This document shows, in pieces, positions 36,965 to 48,254 of a stretch of DNA of 63,832 nucleotides (positions are counted from its first letter, which is position 1; the number at the start of each line of letters is the position of its first letter). The position numbers were made by a program, and so were the translations under genes. A model generated the notes under the pieces. That model had not been told where the DNA came from, searched no databases, and was given only the letters and a program-made list of their open reading frames with translations. The DNA is taken from NCBI GenBank assembly GCA_030601705.1, contig JAUWBM010000002.1, positions 1-63,832 on the forward strand. Reading direction: 5' to 3'. This stretch comes from Thermoplasmatota archaeon. GTDB lineage: Archaea; Thermoplasmatota; E2; DHVEG-1.

Positions 36965-38680
36965 ATGGAAGCATCTAGTATAGAAATTAAAGAAAAGAGG
37001 GACAGTAGAAATCCTCTCACTCCAATCGGAAAACCAAAAATTGCCTATTTTTCAATGGAGATTGGGTTAGATAAACACATACCTACTTACAGTGGTGGGC
37101 TCGGCATTTTAGCTGGTGATACATTAAAATCATGTGCAGATCTAAATGTCCCAATTGTAGGAATTACACTGCTTTCTGAAAATGGATATTTTTATCAAAA
37201 AATTGATGAAGAAGGAAATCAAATTGAACTCCCAATTAATTTTAATATTAATGATTTTCTTACGTTGCTTCCAAGTAAAACAAATGTGACAATCGAAGAC
37301 AGAACAGTAAATATTCGTGTTTGGCATTACCGGATTAAAGGAATAAACGGATATCTAGTTCCAGTTTTTTTTCTTGATGCAAATCTTGAAGAAAACGATG
37401 AAAGGGATAGGGAGATTACAAAACATCTTTATGGGGGAGATGACAAATATCGTCTTGCTCAAGAAATTGTTCTAGGCATTGGCGGGGTTAGGATAATACG
37501 AGCGCTTGGCTATAAAACAGTCGATAAATATCATATGAACGAAGGTCACGCTGCTCTCGGCACCCTTGAACTTTTTCGTGAATTAAAAAATATTGAAAAA
37601 GTCAGAGAACAATGTGTATTTACAACACACACTCCAGTGGCTGCTGGTCACGATCAATTTGATCTTTCTTTTGCCAAACCTATGCTTGGAGATATACTAC
37701 CGGATTCTGTTCTTAATGAGATTACATTTGAGAACAAACTAAACATGACCAGACTTGCACTCTTTTTTAGCCATTATGTTAATGGCGTAGCAAAAAAGCA
37801 TGGCGAGGTCTCACGATTAATGTTTCCCGGTTATTCGATAGATTCCATTACAAATGGCGTTCATACACCTACCTGGGTTTCGGAACCATTTCAAAGATTA
37901 TTTGATAAACATTTGCCAGGATGGCGCTCTGATCCTTACATTCTTAGGGCTACATTTAGCATAGATAAACGAGAAGTGTGGGCTGCTCACATGGAGGCAA
38001 AAAAGAATCTCATAGATTTTGTCAACAACAGATATAATGTTGGCATGAACTATGATCATTTCACTATAGGATTTGCCAGGCGACAAACTGCATACAAAAG
38101 ACCTGATCTGTTGATTTCTGATCCAGGAAGACTCGAGCAAATCGCTGAAAAAACAGGACATATCCAGATCATCTACGCTGGAAAAGCACACCCCAAAGAT
38201 AAATCGGGCAAGGAGACTATCAAAAAAATTTTTGATGTTATGAAGTCAATACATGGGAAAATAAAAATTACCTATATCCACAATTATGACATGACGATTG
38301 GAAAAATGATGACTGCAGGTGTTGACCTCTGGCTGAACACGCCTCAAAGACCGCGAGAAGCTTCAGGGACCTCAGGAATGAAAGCTGCTCATAACGGAGT
38401 TCCACAGTTTAGTACATTAGATGGCTGGTGGCTGGAGGGATGTGTTGAAAACATCACAGGATGGGCAATAGGGCCAGAAAAAACAGAAGAGGACGAATCT
38501 GACGATGAAGTCGATAGAAATGATCTTTACAACAAACTTGAAAATTGGATAATACCAAAATTTTACAATGACAGAGACAATTGGATAAGAACTATGAGAA
38601 GTTGCATAGCAATAAACGCATCATTTTTTAATACAAACAGAATGACTCAACAATATGTTCTAAACGCCTATTTTATGTAG
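36965..38680 (+). CDS. glgP: alpha-glucan (glycogen/maltodextrin) phosphorylase, short archaeal form
   Basis: PLP-lysine motif EASGTSGMKAAHNG. HMNEGHAA. Start moved to ATG after GGAAGGAG. Confidence 0.9.
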   Translation: MEASSIEIKEKRDSRNPLTPIGKPKIAYFSMEIGLDKHIPTYSGGLGILAGDTLKSCADLNVPIVGITLLSENGYFYQKIDEEGNQIELPINFNINDFLTLLPSKTNVTIEDRTVNIRVWHYRIKGINGYLVPVFFLDANLEENDERDREITKHLYGGDDKYRLAQEIVLGIGGVRIIRALGYKTVDKYHMNEGHAALGTLELFRELKNIEKVREQCVFTTHTPVAAGHDQFDLSFAKPMLGDILPDSVLNEITFENKLNMTRLALFFSHYVNGVAKKHGEVSRLMFPGYSIDSITNGVHTPTWVSEPFQRLFDKHLPGWRSDPYILRATFSIDKREVWAAHMEAKKNLIDFVNNRYNVGMNYDHFTIGFARRQTAYKRPDLLISDPGRLEQIAEKTGHIQIIYAGKAHPKDKSGKETIKKIFDVMKSIHGKIKITYIHNYDMTIGKMMTAGVDLWLNTPQRPREASGTSGMKAAHNGVPQFSTLDGWWLEGCVENITGWAIGPEKTEEDESDDEVDRNDLYNKLENWIIPKFYNDRDNWIRTMRSCIAINASFFNTNRMTQQYVLNAYFM

Positions 38681-38933
38681 TAAAAACCCCCAATTGCACA
38701 AACAAAATAAAATATGTTTAATAGTTATCAATGTGAAAATACCTAAGATATTCTGAGGTCTATAAAATAAGTTAATTATGTGAATATTTTTTATGTCCGC
38801 ATCGGGATTCGAGCCATAATTTTATGTAACTCTATGATGAAATAAAAAAACGCAGAGAAATATTATCAAAAGAAAAATAACACTGGTTTTATTAATAAAT
38901 AATTATTACAAAGTTTAGATTGAGAGGGTGAAA

Positions 38934-39509
38934 ATGTCATTGATACCTGCTTTTGAAATTGGCATATGGAACGCCTGGATTTTTATGATTGGGTTTTTGC
39001 TCCCTCCAATCATATCGATTTTATGTAGTAAAGGTAAAGCAACATCAAAAAGATGGGCTGTTTCTGTTCCTATTAAACATGAAAAGTTACTAAATGTCAT
39101 TTCTACTGTTATTATGGTTGCAGGTGTTATCTATTCCATCTTTCTGCCATTGCAATTAGGAGAAGTATGGTTTTTCATAGGTTTAGTAATCTTCCTAATA
39201 GCACTTGTTATTTCTCTATCCGCTTCTTTTATTGCTCGGACTACTTCAATTGATAAACCTTTCACCAAAGGACCGTACCTTTACTCAAGGCATCCCCTAT
39301 ATGTAGCAGAGACTTTGATATTTATAAGCATAGCCATAGCCAGTGTTTCATGGGTGTTTCTACTACTTACAGTAATAATGCAAAGTTTTCACATGATATA
39401 TGCACCTGCTGAAGAACAATATTGTCTAAAAAGATATGGAAAAGATTACCCGAAATATATGAAAAGGACACCAAGATGGATAGGAATACCGAAATCGAGT
39501 AAAAAGTAA
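38934..39509 (+). CDS. ICMT/PEMT-family membrane methyltransferase
   Basis: TKGPYLYSRHPLYVAETLIF motif. 4-5 TM helices. Confidence 0.7.
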   Translation: MSLIPAFEIGIWNAWIFMIGFLLPPIISILCSKGKATSKRWAVSVPIKHEKLLNVISTVIMVAGVIYSIFLPLQLGEVWFFIGLVIFLIALVISLSASFIARTTSIDKPFTKGPYLYSRHPLYVAETLIFISIAIASVSWVFLLLTVIMQSFHMIYAPAEEQYCLKRYGKDYPKYMKRTPRWIGIPKSSKK

Positions 39510-39536
39510 TGGTTCTGTTATTAATCATCCTTCATA

Positions 39537-41417
39537 TCAATAAGACAAACGAAATTTGGATACGGGTTTATGTAGTAAAATATTCTCATATTTGGGAGAT
39601 ATGTTTTCTATGTCCTCTACCCACGAGCGAAGTATTTCTGCTACACTCCATGCTTGTGTTATACAACCTCGTGGAAAGTGAGGGGAATCTCCATCGAATA
39701 TTTCATATATGGAACCATCCCAATTATTGCCAAAAGCGTCAAACATTGGTTTTAAAAAATTCTGAAACGCAAAGTCTCTCCATGCCAATTCATGATTTTT
39801 AACCTTAACGAACGCTTTGATGAATGGGCCCATAAGCCAAGGCCATACCGTACCATTGTGATAAGCAATATCTCTGTTATAATCACCAAGATATGTTCCC
39901 TTGTATCTTGAATCATCTGGCGATAGAGTTCGTAATCCAAAGATGGTAAGCAATTTTTTTTGAACATCATTTACTATCTTTTCTTGCAACCCTTTGTTTA
40001 TCATAGAGAAATCAAGAGAAACAAGAAAGATTTGATTAGGTCTAAACGACAAATCTTTGGTATCAATAATGTCATATTGTCGATCAAATTGTTTATTAAA
40101 GTTTTCTTTTACTTTTTCTGCTAAATCAGAATATGTATCATCCTTGCTTGATATGTTTGCTAGATTGCCCATTATTCTAAGTGCATTGTACCATAAAGCC
40201 TGAATTTCAACTGCTTTTTTTGAACGGGGCGTAGGGAAGTAGTCTCCAATTTTTACATCCATCCAAGTAAGTCCTTCCGCATGACTTATGAGAAAATCAT
40301 TGTCCATGTGAATATTATATTCAGTTCCATTTTTGTAGCCATCAATAATAGAATGTAATGTTTCCCATATCTCATCTAGAAAGTTTAGATCATTTGTATA
40401 TTTCAGATATTGATATACTCTATCTACAAACCACAATGAAGCATCTACAGTATTATAAACTGCTTTTGAGTCTCGATCCATAAATGCGTTTGGAATTAGA
40501 CCGTTTTTACAGTGCTCGCCAAAACTTAAAAGCATTTGTTTTGCATCATCAAACCTCTTTGTAACAAGTGTAATTCCGGGTAATGATATCAACGTATCTC
40601 TGCCCCAATCACCAAACCAATGATACCCAGCAACAATCGATTTTTTATTGTTCTTTTTTACAACAAAATTATCAGTTGACAAAACAAGTTTTTCAAACTT
40701 GCTCGGAAGATATGCCTGTTTAAGTAAACTCTTTTTCCTCTGAATTTCCCGTAAAAATATTTCTGAAGGGTTGCTGTCTACATTATGTTCGAGTGTAAAA
40801 ATCAGATAATATTCACTGGAGGTCTTGATAGTCTTATAGAAATCACCAATATGAACACTATTGTCTATCCAAGAATCATTTCTTTCACGATCTTTTTCAT
40901 AATGAAATTCCATCCCGTGCTCTGCTGGCTTATATAAAGAATCTCTAAGTATAATTTTAAGTGTTTTATCTATATTGCTTGGTTTTATACAAACCCCATG
41001 TTCAAAAAAGTCCTGTTTAAATGACACAGATCCTGGTTCAGTTGTATCATAAAAATGCCTTGAATTTATGGCGGGATTATGAATAACTGATATTGGTTTG
41101 TCTGTTTTAATTTCATATCTAACAAATGTGGTATTTTTTTGATACTCCATAAAAATTGTTTTTTTGAGTTTTACTCCTTCTACATCATAAAGAAACGAGG
41201 GAAATACATCAAAAACAAATCTACCTTCGTAGTTTCTTAAATCATAAACTTTATCCTCAATATTTATTCTATCATATACATTTGATACAAACATCCATCT
41301 TCTCGTCGGCGGATTCAAACTTGCTATCAATAAGCCATGGAATTTCCTAAAATTATCGTTAAAATGAGTTAAAGAAGCGTAGCTTCCAAGGCCGTTCGTA
41401 ACTATCCATTCTCTCAT
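39537..41417 (-). CDS. glycogen debranching enzyme (archaeal amylo-alpha-1,6-glucosidase type)
   Basis: MREWIVTNGLGSYAS N-terminus, GYHWFGDWGRDT, C-terminal CITQAWS. Confidence 0.85.
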   Translation of the reverse strand: MREWIVTNGLGSYASLTHFNDNFRKFHGLLIASLNPPTRRWMFVSNVYDRINIEDKVYDLRNYEGRFVFDVFPSFLYDVEGVKLKKTIFMEYQKNTTFVRYEIKTDKPISVIHNPAINSRHFYDTTEPGSVSFKQDFFEHGVCIKPSNIDKTLKIILRDSLYKPAEHGMEFHYEKDRERNDSWIDNSVHIGDFYKTIKTSSEYYLIFTLEHNVDSNPSEIFLREIQRKKSLLKQAYLPSKFEKLVLSTDNFVVKKNNKKSIVAGYHWFGDWGRDTLISLPGITLVTKRFDDAKQMLLSFGEHCKNGLIPNAFMDRDSKAVYNTVDASLWFVDRVYQYLKYTNDLNFLDEIWETLHSIIDGYKNGTEYNIHMDNDFLISHAEGLTWMDVKIGDYFPTPRSKKAVEIQALWYNALRIMGNLANISSKDDTYSDLAEKVKENFNKQFDRQYDIIDTKDLSFRPNQIFLVSLDFSMINKGLQEKIVNDVQKKLLTIFGLRTLSPDDSRYKGTYLGDYNRDIAYHNGTVWPWLMGPFIKAFVKVKNHELAWRDFAFQNFLKPMFDAFGNNWDGSIYEIFDGDSPHFPRGCITQAWSVAEILRSWVEDIENISPKYENILLHKPVSKFRLSY

Positions 41418-41440
41418 AGTCCACTACGTATCCTCACCTA

Positions 41441-42625
41441 TCACATTACTCTCTGCTTCAAATCTTGGAGGATATTCATATAATTAATAAATCCGTCGTA
41501 TGGAGCATCATATGGGCTAAAATATGCATGAACGTTACCATCCTCAAATCCTTTTGTAGAAACGTAATAAAGATGATCAGACGTTTGCAACAGGCGCCAA
41601 GCATGTAGTAAATCATTGTCATCCTGTTTTTTAATCTCTCGTTCAATATCTCTTAATTCGTTGAAGCAAGCAATCTGCATGTCATTGCCAAGCCAAGTGG
41701 ATACATCACGATCTTCATCTGCCCATGAGATGGCCCAAGGAACATCAATTTCTCCCACAGCATTATATCTATCAACTGCTTCGCTAACAGTTACAAAGTC
41801 AAGATGTTTATGTTTAAGTACTTCTCCGGGAAGATGTTTAATAAAATCAAAAATTCCTGTTTCTGTCCATTGATGTTCTCCAAATGTTTCATAATCAATA
41901 AACAGATTTATAACATCACCTTCACAGTATGACATCCAATGTGCATATTTATCTGCTGTCAAAGGAAAACCTGGCCAGTCACGTACTGAGAATCTGAAAC
42001 CAACATCGTCACTTAGTTTGTAATTTCTCATGAGCACTTTAATATCGGCATTAATTGATTTATACAGAAAATTTGGTGAACGCCATCCTAAAACTTTTTC
42101 TGATCCCTCTGTGACAATTCCCTTGTAGCCTAATTCCTCAATTTTTTTTGCAATGCGATTGTCATAAATTGCTTCTGTGTTTCTGAAAACTTTTGGTTCA
42201 TAATTAAATATTCTCTTGATCATTTGACGATGCATTTTCACCTGTTCTTCGAATTCATCGAGTTCGTCGTACAGTGATGATAGAGAATGGTAGTATGTTT
42301 CTTCAATTAAATCAACAGCACCCGTCTTGAATAAATCTTTAAAACTATCAAGAACTTCAGGCATAAAACGTTCGCAGTACTCAACAAACGTTCCCGTTAG
42401 GCTAAATGATATTCTAAATTTACCATTAAATTCATTAATTAAATCAAGTAATAATCTGTTAGTAGGAAGATAGCATTTTTTTGCTACTTTTTCAAATATA
42501 TCTTGGTTTAACTTGCGATCAAAATATGTCGATAAAGAGTCATCATTTTTACCAATATTAAATACTGAAAAATGATTTAATCGCATAGGTTGATGGACTT
42601 CGAAATAGAAGCAAACTGATGGCAT
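41441..42625 (-). CDS. GH57-family alpha-amylase
   Basis: CFYFEVHQPMRL and DYETFGEHQW motifs. Start overlaps the glgA stop by 1 nt. Confidence 0.85.
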   Translation of the reverse strand: MPSVCFYFEVHQPMRLNHFSVFNIGKNDDSLSTYFDRKLNQDIFEKVAKKCYLPTNRLLLDLINEFNGKFRISFSLTGTFVEYCERFMPEVLDSFKDLFKTGAVDLIEETYYHSLSSLYDELDEFEEQVKMHRQMIKRIFNYEPKVFRNTEAIYDNRIAKKIEELGYKGIVTEGSEKVLGWRSPNFLYKSINADIKVLMRNYKLSDDVGFRFSVRDWPGFPLTADKYAHWMSYCEGDVINLFIDYETFGEHQWTETGIFDFIKHLPGEVLKHKHLDFVTVSEAVDRYNAVGEIDVPWAISWADEDRDVSTWLGNDMQIACFNELRDIEREIKKQDDNDLLHAWRLLQTSDHLYYVSTKGFEDGNVHAYFSPYDAPYDGFINYMNILQDLKQRVM

Positions 42626-43734
42626 TATGTTATTCCTCTGTAAACATCAAGTGTTTTATCAGCAACTCTGTCCCATGTAAATAAGTTAATCTCGCGGTTG
42701 CCTTGCTCAGCCAACGTTTTATGTAACGGTTCATATCTCAATAATGATATAATCTTATTTGCCATTTCATCAGTATCCCAGAAATCAACACGGAGGCAAT
42801 TTTGAAATGCTTCAGAGACACCAGCTGTTTTAGAGGTGATTGTAGGGGTTCCAGCAGATATAGCTTCAAGAGCAGTTATGCCAAACGGTTCACTTACCGA
42901 GGGCATTACATAAACACTGGAAATCTGATAGATATGTTTTACCTCTTCTTCAGTAAGTTTGCCTGTGAAGATAACTCGATTTGAAATTCCAAGGTCAACA
43001 GCTTGATTTATCAGGCGAGGAAGCATGTCACCAGTACCAGCAACAACAAATCGGGTATCTTCATGTTCCAGTACTTTTTTAGCTGCTTTTAGGAAAAATT
43101 CTGGGCCTTTCTGGATAGTTAATCTGCCCAAAAATAATACAATGTTCTTTTTTTCACTCTCTCCAATTGGGTATACGGCATTATGTACAACGGTAATCTT
43201 ATCAGGATTTATACCGTATTTTTCAACAATAACTCTCTTTGTGAAATGGCTTACTGCAATTATTTTATTGGCTTTTTCCATGCCTTCTTTTTCAATATTA
43301 ATAAACCAATCGTTAGGGTAAAGCCAACCTGATCTATCATACTCAGTTGAATGAACAGTAAGAACAAGAGGGATGTCCATTTTTTCTTTCAGTGCAACCC
43401 CTGCTTTCATTGTTAACCAATCATGACAATGAATAAGATCGTACTTTCCGTTTACTTTCTGAACTAAAAGATCATTATACCTGTAAACATTTTCAAAAAA
43501 TTGGCCTGCAAGTTTTTTATCCTCAGGACGATCATAAGGAAATATTTCAGTTTCTCCAACCTCTTTTATAACTAAATTATCCTTATCGCTACTTAAGCTA
43601 TGTTTGGTTTTAGGCATGTAGAAATCTATAGATACATTTTTATCGGCAAGACTGCGAGTAAGCCCATAACAATGGGTACCCAAACCACCCACCTTAAAAG
43701 GCGGGTATTCCCATCCGATCATCGCAACTTTCAT
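42625..43734 (-). CDS. glgA: glycogen synthase (archaeal GT-B type)
   Basis: GWEYPPFKVGGLGTH (KVGGL-type) and MPSVSEPFGITALEA. Confidence 0.8.
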   Translation of the reverse strand: MKVAMIGWEYPPFKVGGLGTHCYGLTRSLADKNVSIDFYMPKTKHSLSSDKDNLVIKEVGETEIFPYDRPEDKKLAGQFFENVYRYNDLLVQKVNGKYDLIHCHDWLTMKAGVALKEKMDIPLVLTVHSTEYDRSGWLYPNDWFINIEKEGMEKANKIIAVSHFTKRVIVEKYGINPDKITVVHNAVYPIGESEKKNIVLFLGRLTIQKGPEFFLKAAKKVLEHEDTRFVVAGTGDMLPRLINQAVDLGISNRVIFTGKLTEEEVKHIYQISSVYVMPSVSEPFGITALEAISAGTPTITSKTAGVSEAFQNCLRVDFWDTDEMANKIISLLRYEPLHKTLAEQGNREINLFTWDRVADKTLDVYRGIT

Positions 43735-44374
43735 TATTCTTCTTCCTCACCTAATGGCACAGTTTTCATAGTTGACAAATTGAGCTATTACGAGACTCAC
43801 ATCTCTCCTTTCTAACCTAACTCAAACTAGTATCAATTTTTCTAATGATAGTAAGGCAACCCGTTAGTCGTAAAACCTACTTTTATCTATAAGCTTTTCG
43901 TTTTTTTATACTGCATTTTTAAGAGGTTATTACACAGCAACCTCTTACTCCATTATAACTCTGGTTCAATAGTATGTATACTTTACATTTCCGAAATATA
44001 TGTCTCGACTGCTAACTAATTAATGATATACTTTTTTAGAATATAATTTTATCTGAAAACTATAACATCACTGCCATGAAACAATAATTTTATGCCGCTG
44101 TCACCCAACAATACAAAATGGGTTGGGTGTGATTACAAAACCATCCCAATAAAGCAGCAGCGGAGTGGAAATGCAACTCATATCGCGACAGATGTTTGAT
44201 ACCGTGGTTGTCCTCTTTTTCACATCTTGACGTTTCGTCTATTCGATCTGAGAGGGACCCTAATCGCTATCAATTGTTACCTTGATCTTGCTGCTCCAAT
44301 CACGAATCATGGAGCTCTTCGAATCAAGGCTATTAAAATCATGATAAAGGTTCTTAATTAAAGTTTCGCTCTTT

Positions 44375-45187
44375 TTATCTATATTTGTTAATTTCGCTTC
44401 GAAGAGATAATGCTTTATCCCTAGACACTTCTGAAAAATCTTCATTATTTCCAGCAAAGATTATGCCACGGGAAGAATTAATAATTGCCATTTCACCCTT
44501 AGTGTTTGTACCATTTTTTACAGTATTTTCAATATCTCCTCCCTGTTTACCCACCCCCGGAATGAGTAGGGGCATATTCTCGCCGAGAATAGTCCGTATT
44601 ATCTTTAATTCCCCTGGGTAAGTTGCACCGACTACCGCACCGCAATTATCGTTTTCATTCCACTCTTTTATTTTTTTAGCGATGATTTGATAAAGCGGAA
44701 CTGTTGATACAGGAAGGTCCTGAAAATCACCTGCCGAAGCATTGGAAGTTCTACAAAGAATGAAACTACATCTATCTTTATATTCTAAAAACGGAATGAT
44801 TCCGTCCTTACCCAAATATGGATTAACTGTTACTGCATCGGCATTCAATGTTTCAAACAAAGTTTGAGCGTACTTACGTGCAGTATTGCCGATGTCATTG
44901 CGTTTTCCGTCTAAAATAACGACAATATCTTTTGGTATATACTCAATTGTTTTTTCCAATAAATCAAAACCTTCCTTCCCAAAAACTTCGTAAAAGGCCA
45001 TATTTAATTTATATGCACAGACAATGTCTCTTGTAGCATCGATAATCGATTTGTTGAAATCTAAAAATGGATATTTACTTGATTCAAAAAGAAATTTGGG
45101 CATTTTATCTTTATCAATGTCTAAACCAACACATAGTAAGCTGTTGTTTTTGTGAGAGATGCCTAAAAACTTTTGTTTAAAGTTCAT
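44375..45187 (-). CDS. pyrF: orotidine 5'-phosphate decarboxylase (type 2)
   Basis: LCVGLDIDKD and VILDGKRNDIGNT. 270 aa long form. Confidence 0.88.
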   Translation of the reverse strand: MNFKQKFLGISHKNNSLLCVGLDIDKDKMPKFLFESSKYPFLDFNKSIIDATRDIVCAYKLNMAFYEVFGKEGFDLLEKTIEYIPKDIVVILDGKRNDIGNTARKYAQTLFETLNADAVTVNPYLGKDGIIPFLEYKDRCSFILCRTSNASAGDFQDLPVSTVPLYQIIAKKIKEWNENDNCGAVVGATYPGELKIIRTILGENMPLLIPGVGKQGGDIENTVKNGTNTKGEMAIINSSRGIIFAGNNEDFSEVSRDKALSLRSEINKYR

Positions 45188-45270
45188 ACAAAACCATACA
45201 AATAGAACTTCGCATATAAAAAGATGCTATCCAGTTAGTTATTTAACGTCCTGTCAAATACAAAATGTAG

Positions 45271-46356
45271 ATGGAGATAATATATGGAATCTGCTCTTGG
45301 GGACTTGGGCATTCAACAAGGTCTTTACCGATAATAAGGAAACTGATAAACGAAAACAATAATATGACGATCATATCAAATGGTAGATCCCTAGAATTAT
45401 TAAAAAAAGAACTTGGAGAAAAAGCTCAATACATAGACATACCTGATTATCCGATGTTACTTTCAGAAAATTCTAGGCAGTTTATGGCAAAAAGCGTAAT
45501 TTATTGGCCTTTATTTATCAAGAGAATAGAATCGGGTTTGGTTAAACTTTCAAAATTACTAAGAGAAAAAAAATATGATCTAATAATTTCTGATGCACGA
45601 TATGATATGTATAGCAAGAAAATCCCTTCTTTTTTTATCTCTCATCAGATGCGGATTATGAATCCACTTCGAATAAAGATGTTTGAATCTGGCAGTGAAC
45701 TATTTAATCTCTTTTTTTTCAAAAGATTCTCTGGTGTAATAGTACCAGATTACAGGGAAAATAGTCTATCTGGAGATTTGTCACACAATCTAAAAAAAAT
45801 TGATGAAAATAGGCTTCACTATGTCGGCGCTCTTTCTGATTTTAAGAAAAGAAAGATGAAGAAAGATATTGATTATTTGATATCAATTTCCGGACCTGAA
45901 CCGCAAAGGAGTATTTTAGAGGGGAAATTAGCATCTCAGGTTCAAGATTTAGATGGAAATATTGTAATGACTTTAGGGAAAGTAGAGAAACACTCTAAGA
46001 TAAAGAAGAATAATATTACTACTTATTCATTTCTAACAAAAGAAAAAAGAGAAGAACTTTTGAATAGAGCAAAAATTGTTATTTCACGTTCTGGATACTC
46101 TACAATAATGGACTTAGGAGTAATTAATACAAAGGCTTTGCTTATTCCTACACCAGGCCAAATAGAGCAAGAATACCTATCGGAATATCATAACAAAATA
46201 GGCACTTTTTATTCAGTAAATCAAAGCGAGGTAAATTTAAAAAAAGATATTGAATTTGCAAAAAAAACTACAGGAATAAAAAGAAATTGTGATGTAAATA
46301 AGACTGTAGAGGACTTTATGGATGTAGTTAATTCAAATATAAAATGTTCATCCTGA
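45271..46356 (+). CDS. GT-B glycosyltransferase, MJ1255/MurG-like (GT1/GT28-related)
   Basis: GICSWGLGHSTRSLPII N-terminal motif and C-terminal SRSGYSTIMD...PTPGQIEQ. Confidence 0.6.
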   Translation: MEIIYGICSWGLGHSTRSLPIIRKLINENNNMTIISNGRSLELLKKELGEKAQYIDIPDYPMLLSENSRQFMAKSVIYWPLFIKRIESGLVKLSKLLREKKYDLIISDARYDMYSKKIPSFFISHQMRIMNPLRIKMFESGSELFNLFFFKRFSGVIVPDYRENSLSGDLSHNLKKIDENRLHYVGALSDFKKRKMKKDIDYLISISGPEPQRSILEGKLASQVQDLDGNIVMTLGKVEKHSKIKKNNITTYSFLTKEKREELLNRAKIVISRSGYSTIMDLGVINTKALLIPTPGQIEQEYLSEYHNKIGTFYSVNQSEVNLKKDIEFAKKTTGIKRNCDVNKTVEDFMDVVNSNIKCSS

Positions 46357-46392
46357 TGATTTTAAATATTATAAATAATATACGAATAAGAT

Positions 46393-48252
46393 ATGCCCCT
46401 GATGACTATACCAAAACCTCGCGAAATAATAAAAAACTGGTTTTTCTGGTTAATTGTAATCACAGTTACAGCTATAATTTTGAGATCGCTTCCTGCTTGG
46501 ACAAACGCTGCATGGGGATGTGACTTTGGGATATATTATGGCCTTACGAACTCTCTTGTGGATAATCAGGAGCTGTTTAACCCATATTATGGCTGGGGAG
46601 GATCCTATCAATATTTCCCAGTTTTATATGCTATAACTGGTGCTGCACATTGGATCACAGGTATTGATATTTTAACAATTATGCCTAAAATCGCACCAAT
46701 TTTCGGCGGTCTTTCTGTAATGCTTTTTTACTTTGTTGTATACGAATTGTTAGGTGATAGAAAAAAGGCTCTCCTCTCTAGTCTTTTCTTCGCTGTCATG
46801 CCATTTCATGTTTATCAGACAAGCCACGCTTCCCCTTTAACCATAGGTCACTTTTTCATGATGCTTTCTATTTATTTTTTCATAAAATTCAGACAGGATG
46901 CGAGATTTATAACTCCACTTTTTATCTCAACAATTCTACTCATCATGTCTCACCATCTTACAACATATTTTTACCTGGTTTCCTTAATATTCATTGTATT
47001 TGTTGAAAATGCAAGTAAAAAGGAATGGACAGCTTCGCTAAAAAAAGATGTTTTGTACATATTGGCAGCAAGCGGCCTGATTTTTTCTTATTGGATTTTT
47101 ATTGCTACACCAGTATATGACAGTTTTATGAGGAGCGGGTTTAGTGTATGGATCATAAACATAAACTCCAGTTACACAATTATTCTATTTTATATGCTGT
47201 TCATTTCAATGTTTGGAATTGTTTGGTTGAAAAGGAGATTAAATTTATTCATTGTTAGGGAGAAACCTACTGCTAAATCTGCAATTGTAAAGTTTTTTTT
47301 GACAATGGCCATATGTTTGACAGCCATGGGTATTTTTTCTGTAGTTAAACTACCTTGGACAAACTTCAGTTTCACTCCCTTATCAATTATTTATTCATTG
47401 CCATTGATTCTTATCTTTGCATTTGGAGTTGCCGGTTTTAGATATACCAGATTCATACAAAATGGAAGTTTTGTTAGGGGGTGGCTTTTAGCAATACTTA
47501 TTTCGTTTGTATATGGTTTGCTAACTAACAGCTCAGCCATACTACCACATAGACATTTTGAGTACATTATGGCACCCCTATGTATTATTTCAATATTTGG
47601 CATAAGCGGAATTTTCCTGAATCTAAACTATGAACGACTTTCCAAATTTACTGAGAGATTCCATCATATCAGTAAACCATCTCTTTATTACTTTAAAAAA
47701 TCGAGTCTCTTGCAAAAGCGCCAGTTTATATATATTGCTGTAATCCTCTTTCTTGTTTCTGCAAATGCAGTATCTATTTATCCTTCCCATGTAGCATTAA
47801 ATGCATCATATGAGGTAATAACAGATGAGAACTTTGCAGTCATAGAATGGATGGATGAGAAATTTGATAAAAACAATAGCGTTATAGCTTCAGATCATCG
47901 TCTTGCAAGGATTACAGAAGCTGTTGGATTTAACACTACTTTAGATGAATCAAGCGTTATCTGGATTTCGGAGAATTTTACTGACTACATATATGAATTG
48001 GAAGGAATTGGTAAAAACCACAGTAGAATCACCCACATTATAATAGACGATATAATGAAAAACAAAGTAGTACATGTTGGCTTTGGAAAGATATTCTATA
48101 TGACAAATGAATCTTATGAAAAATTTTCGTACCAACCTTTTGAACTTGCATATAGAAATGCAACTTTAAATCAAGATATGGAAGAAGAACATTGGACGGA
48201 AGTTTATGCTGTTAACTGGACATTTATAGGAGAATTTCTGGAAAAAACATAA
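46393..48252 (+). CDS. GT-C-fold membrane glycosyltransferase-like protein (ArnT/PMT-like)
   Basis: About 13 TM helices followed by a soluble C-terminal domain. No WWDYG motif, so not called AglB. Confidence 0.45.
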   Translation: MPLMTIPKPREIIKNWFFWLIVITVTAIILRSLPAWTNAAWGCDFGIYYGLTNSLVDNQELFNPYYGWGGSYQYFPVLYAITGAAHWITGIDILTIMPKIAPIFGGLSVMLFYFVVYELLGDRKKALLSSLFFAVMPFHVYQTSHASPLTIGHFFMMLSIYFFIKFRQDARFITPLFISTILLIMSHHLTTYFYLVSLIFIVFVENASKKEWTASLKKDVLYILAASGLIFSYWIFIATPVYDSFMRSGFSVWIININSSYTIILFYMLFISMFGIVWLKRRLNLFIVREKPTAKSAIVKFFLTMAICLTAMGIFSVVKLPWTNFSFTPLSIIYSLPLILIFAFGVAGFRYTRFIQNGSFVRGWLLAILISFVYGLLTNSSAILPHRHFEYIMAPLCIISIFGISGIFLNLNYERLSKFTERFHHISKPSLYYFKKSSLLQKRQFIYIAVILFLVSANAVSIYPSHVALNASYEVITDENFAVIEWMDEKFDKNNSVIASDHRLARITEAVGFNTTLDESSVIWISENFTDYIYELEGIGKNHSRITHIIIDDIMKNKVVHVGFGKIFYMTNESYEKFSYQPFELAYRNATLNQDMEEEHWTEVYAVNWTFIGEFLEKT

Positions 48253-48254
48253 CT

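Noticed and set aside
38790-38830. tRNA-like T-arm fragment GGGATTCGAGCC
   Set aside because: No complementary T-stem, acceptor stem or anticodon arm can be drawn around it.
39509-39970. ORFs 39509-39802(+) and 39752-39970(-)
   Set aside because: They are embedded in or antisense to the well-supported debranching-enzyme frame.
44260-44457. ORF 44260-44457(-)
   Set aside because: It overlaps the pyrF 3' end in a different frame and extends into the structured spacer. It has no motif.
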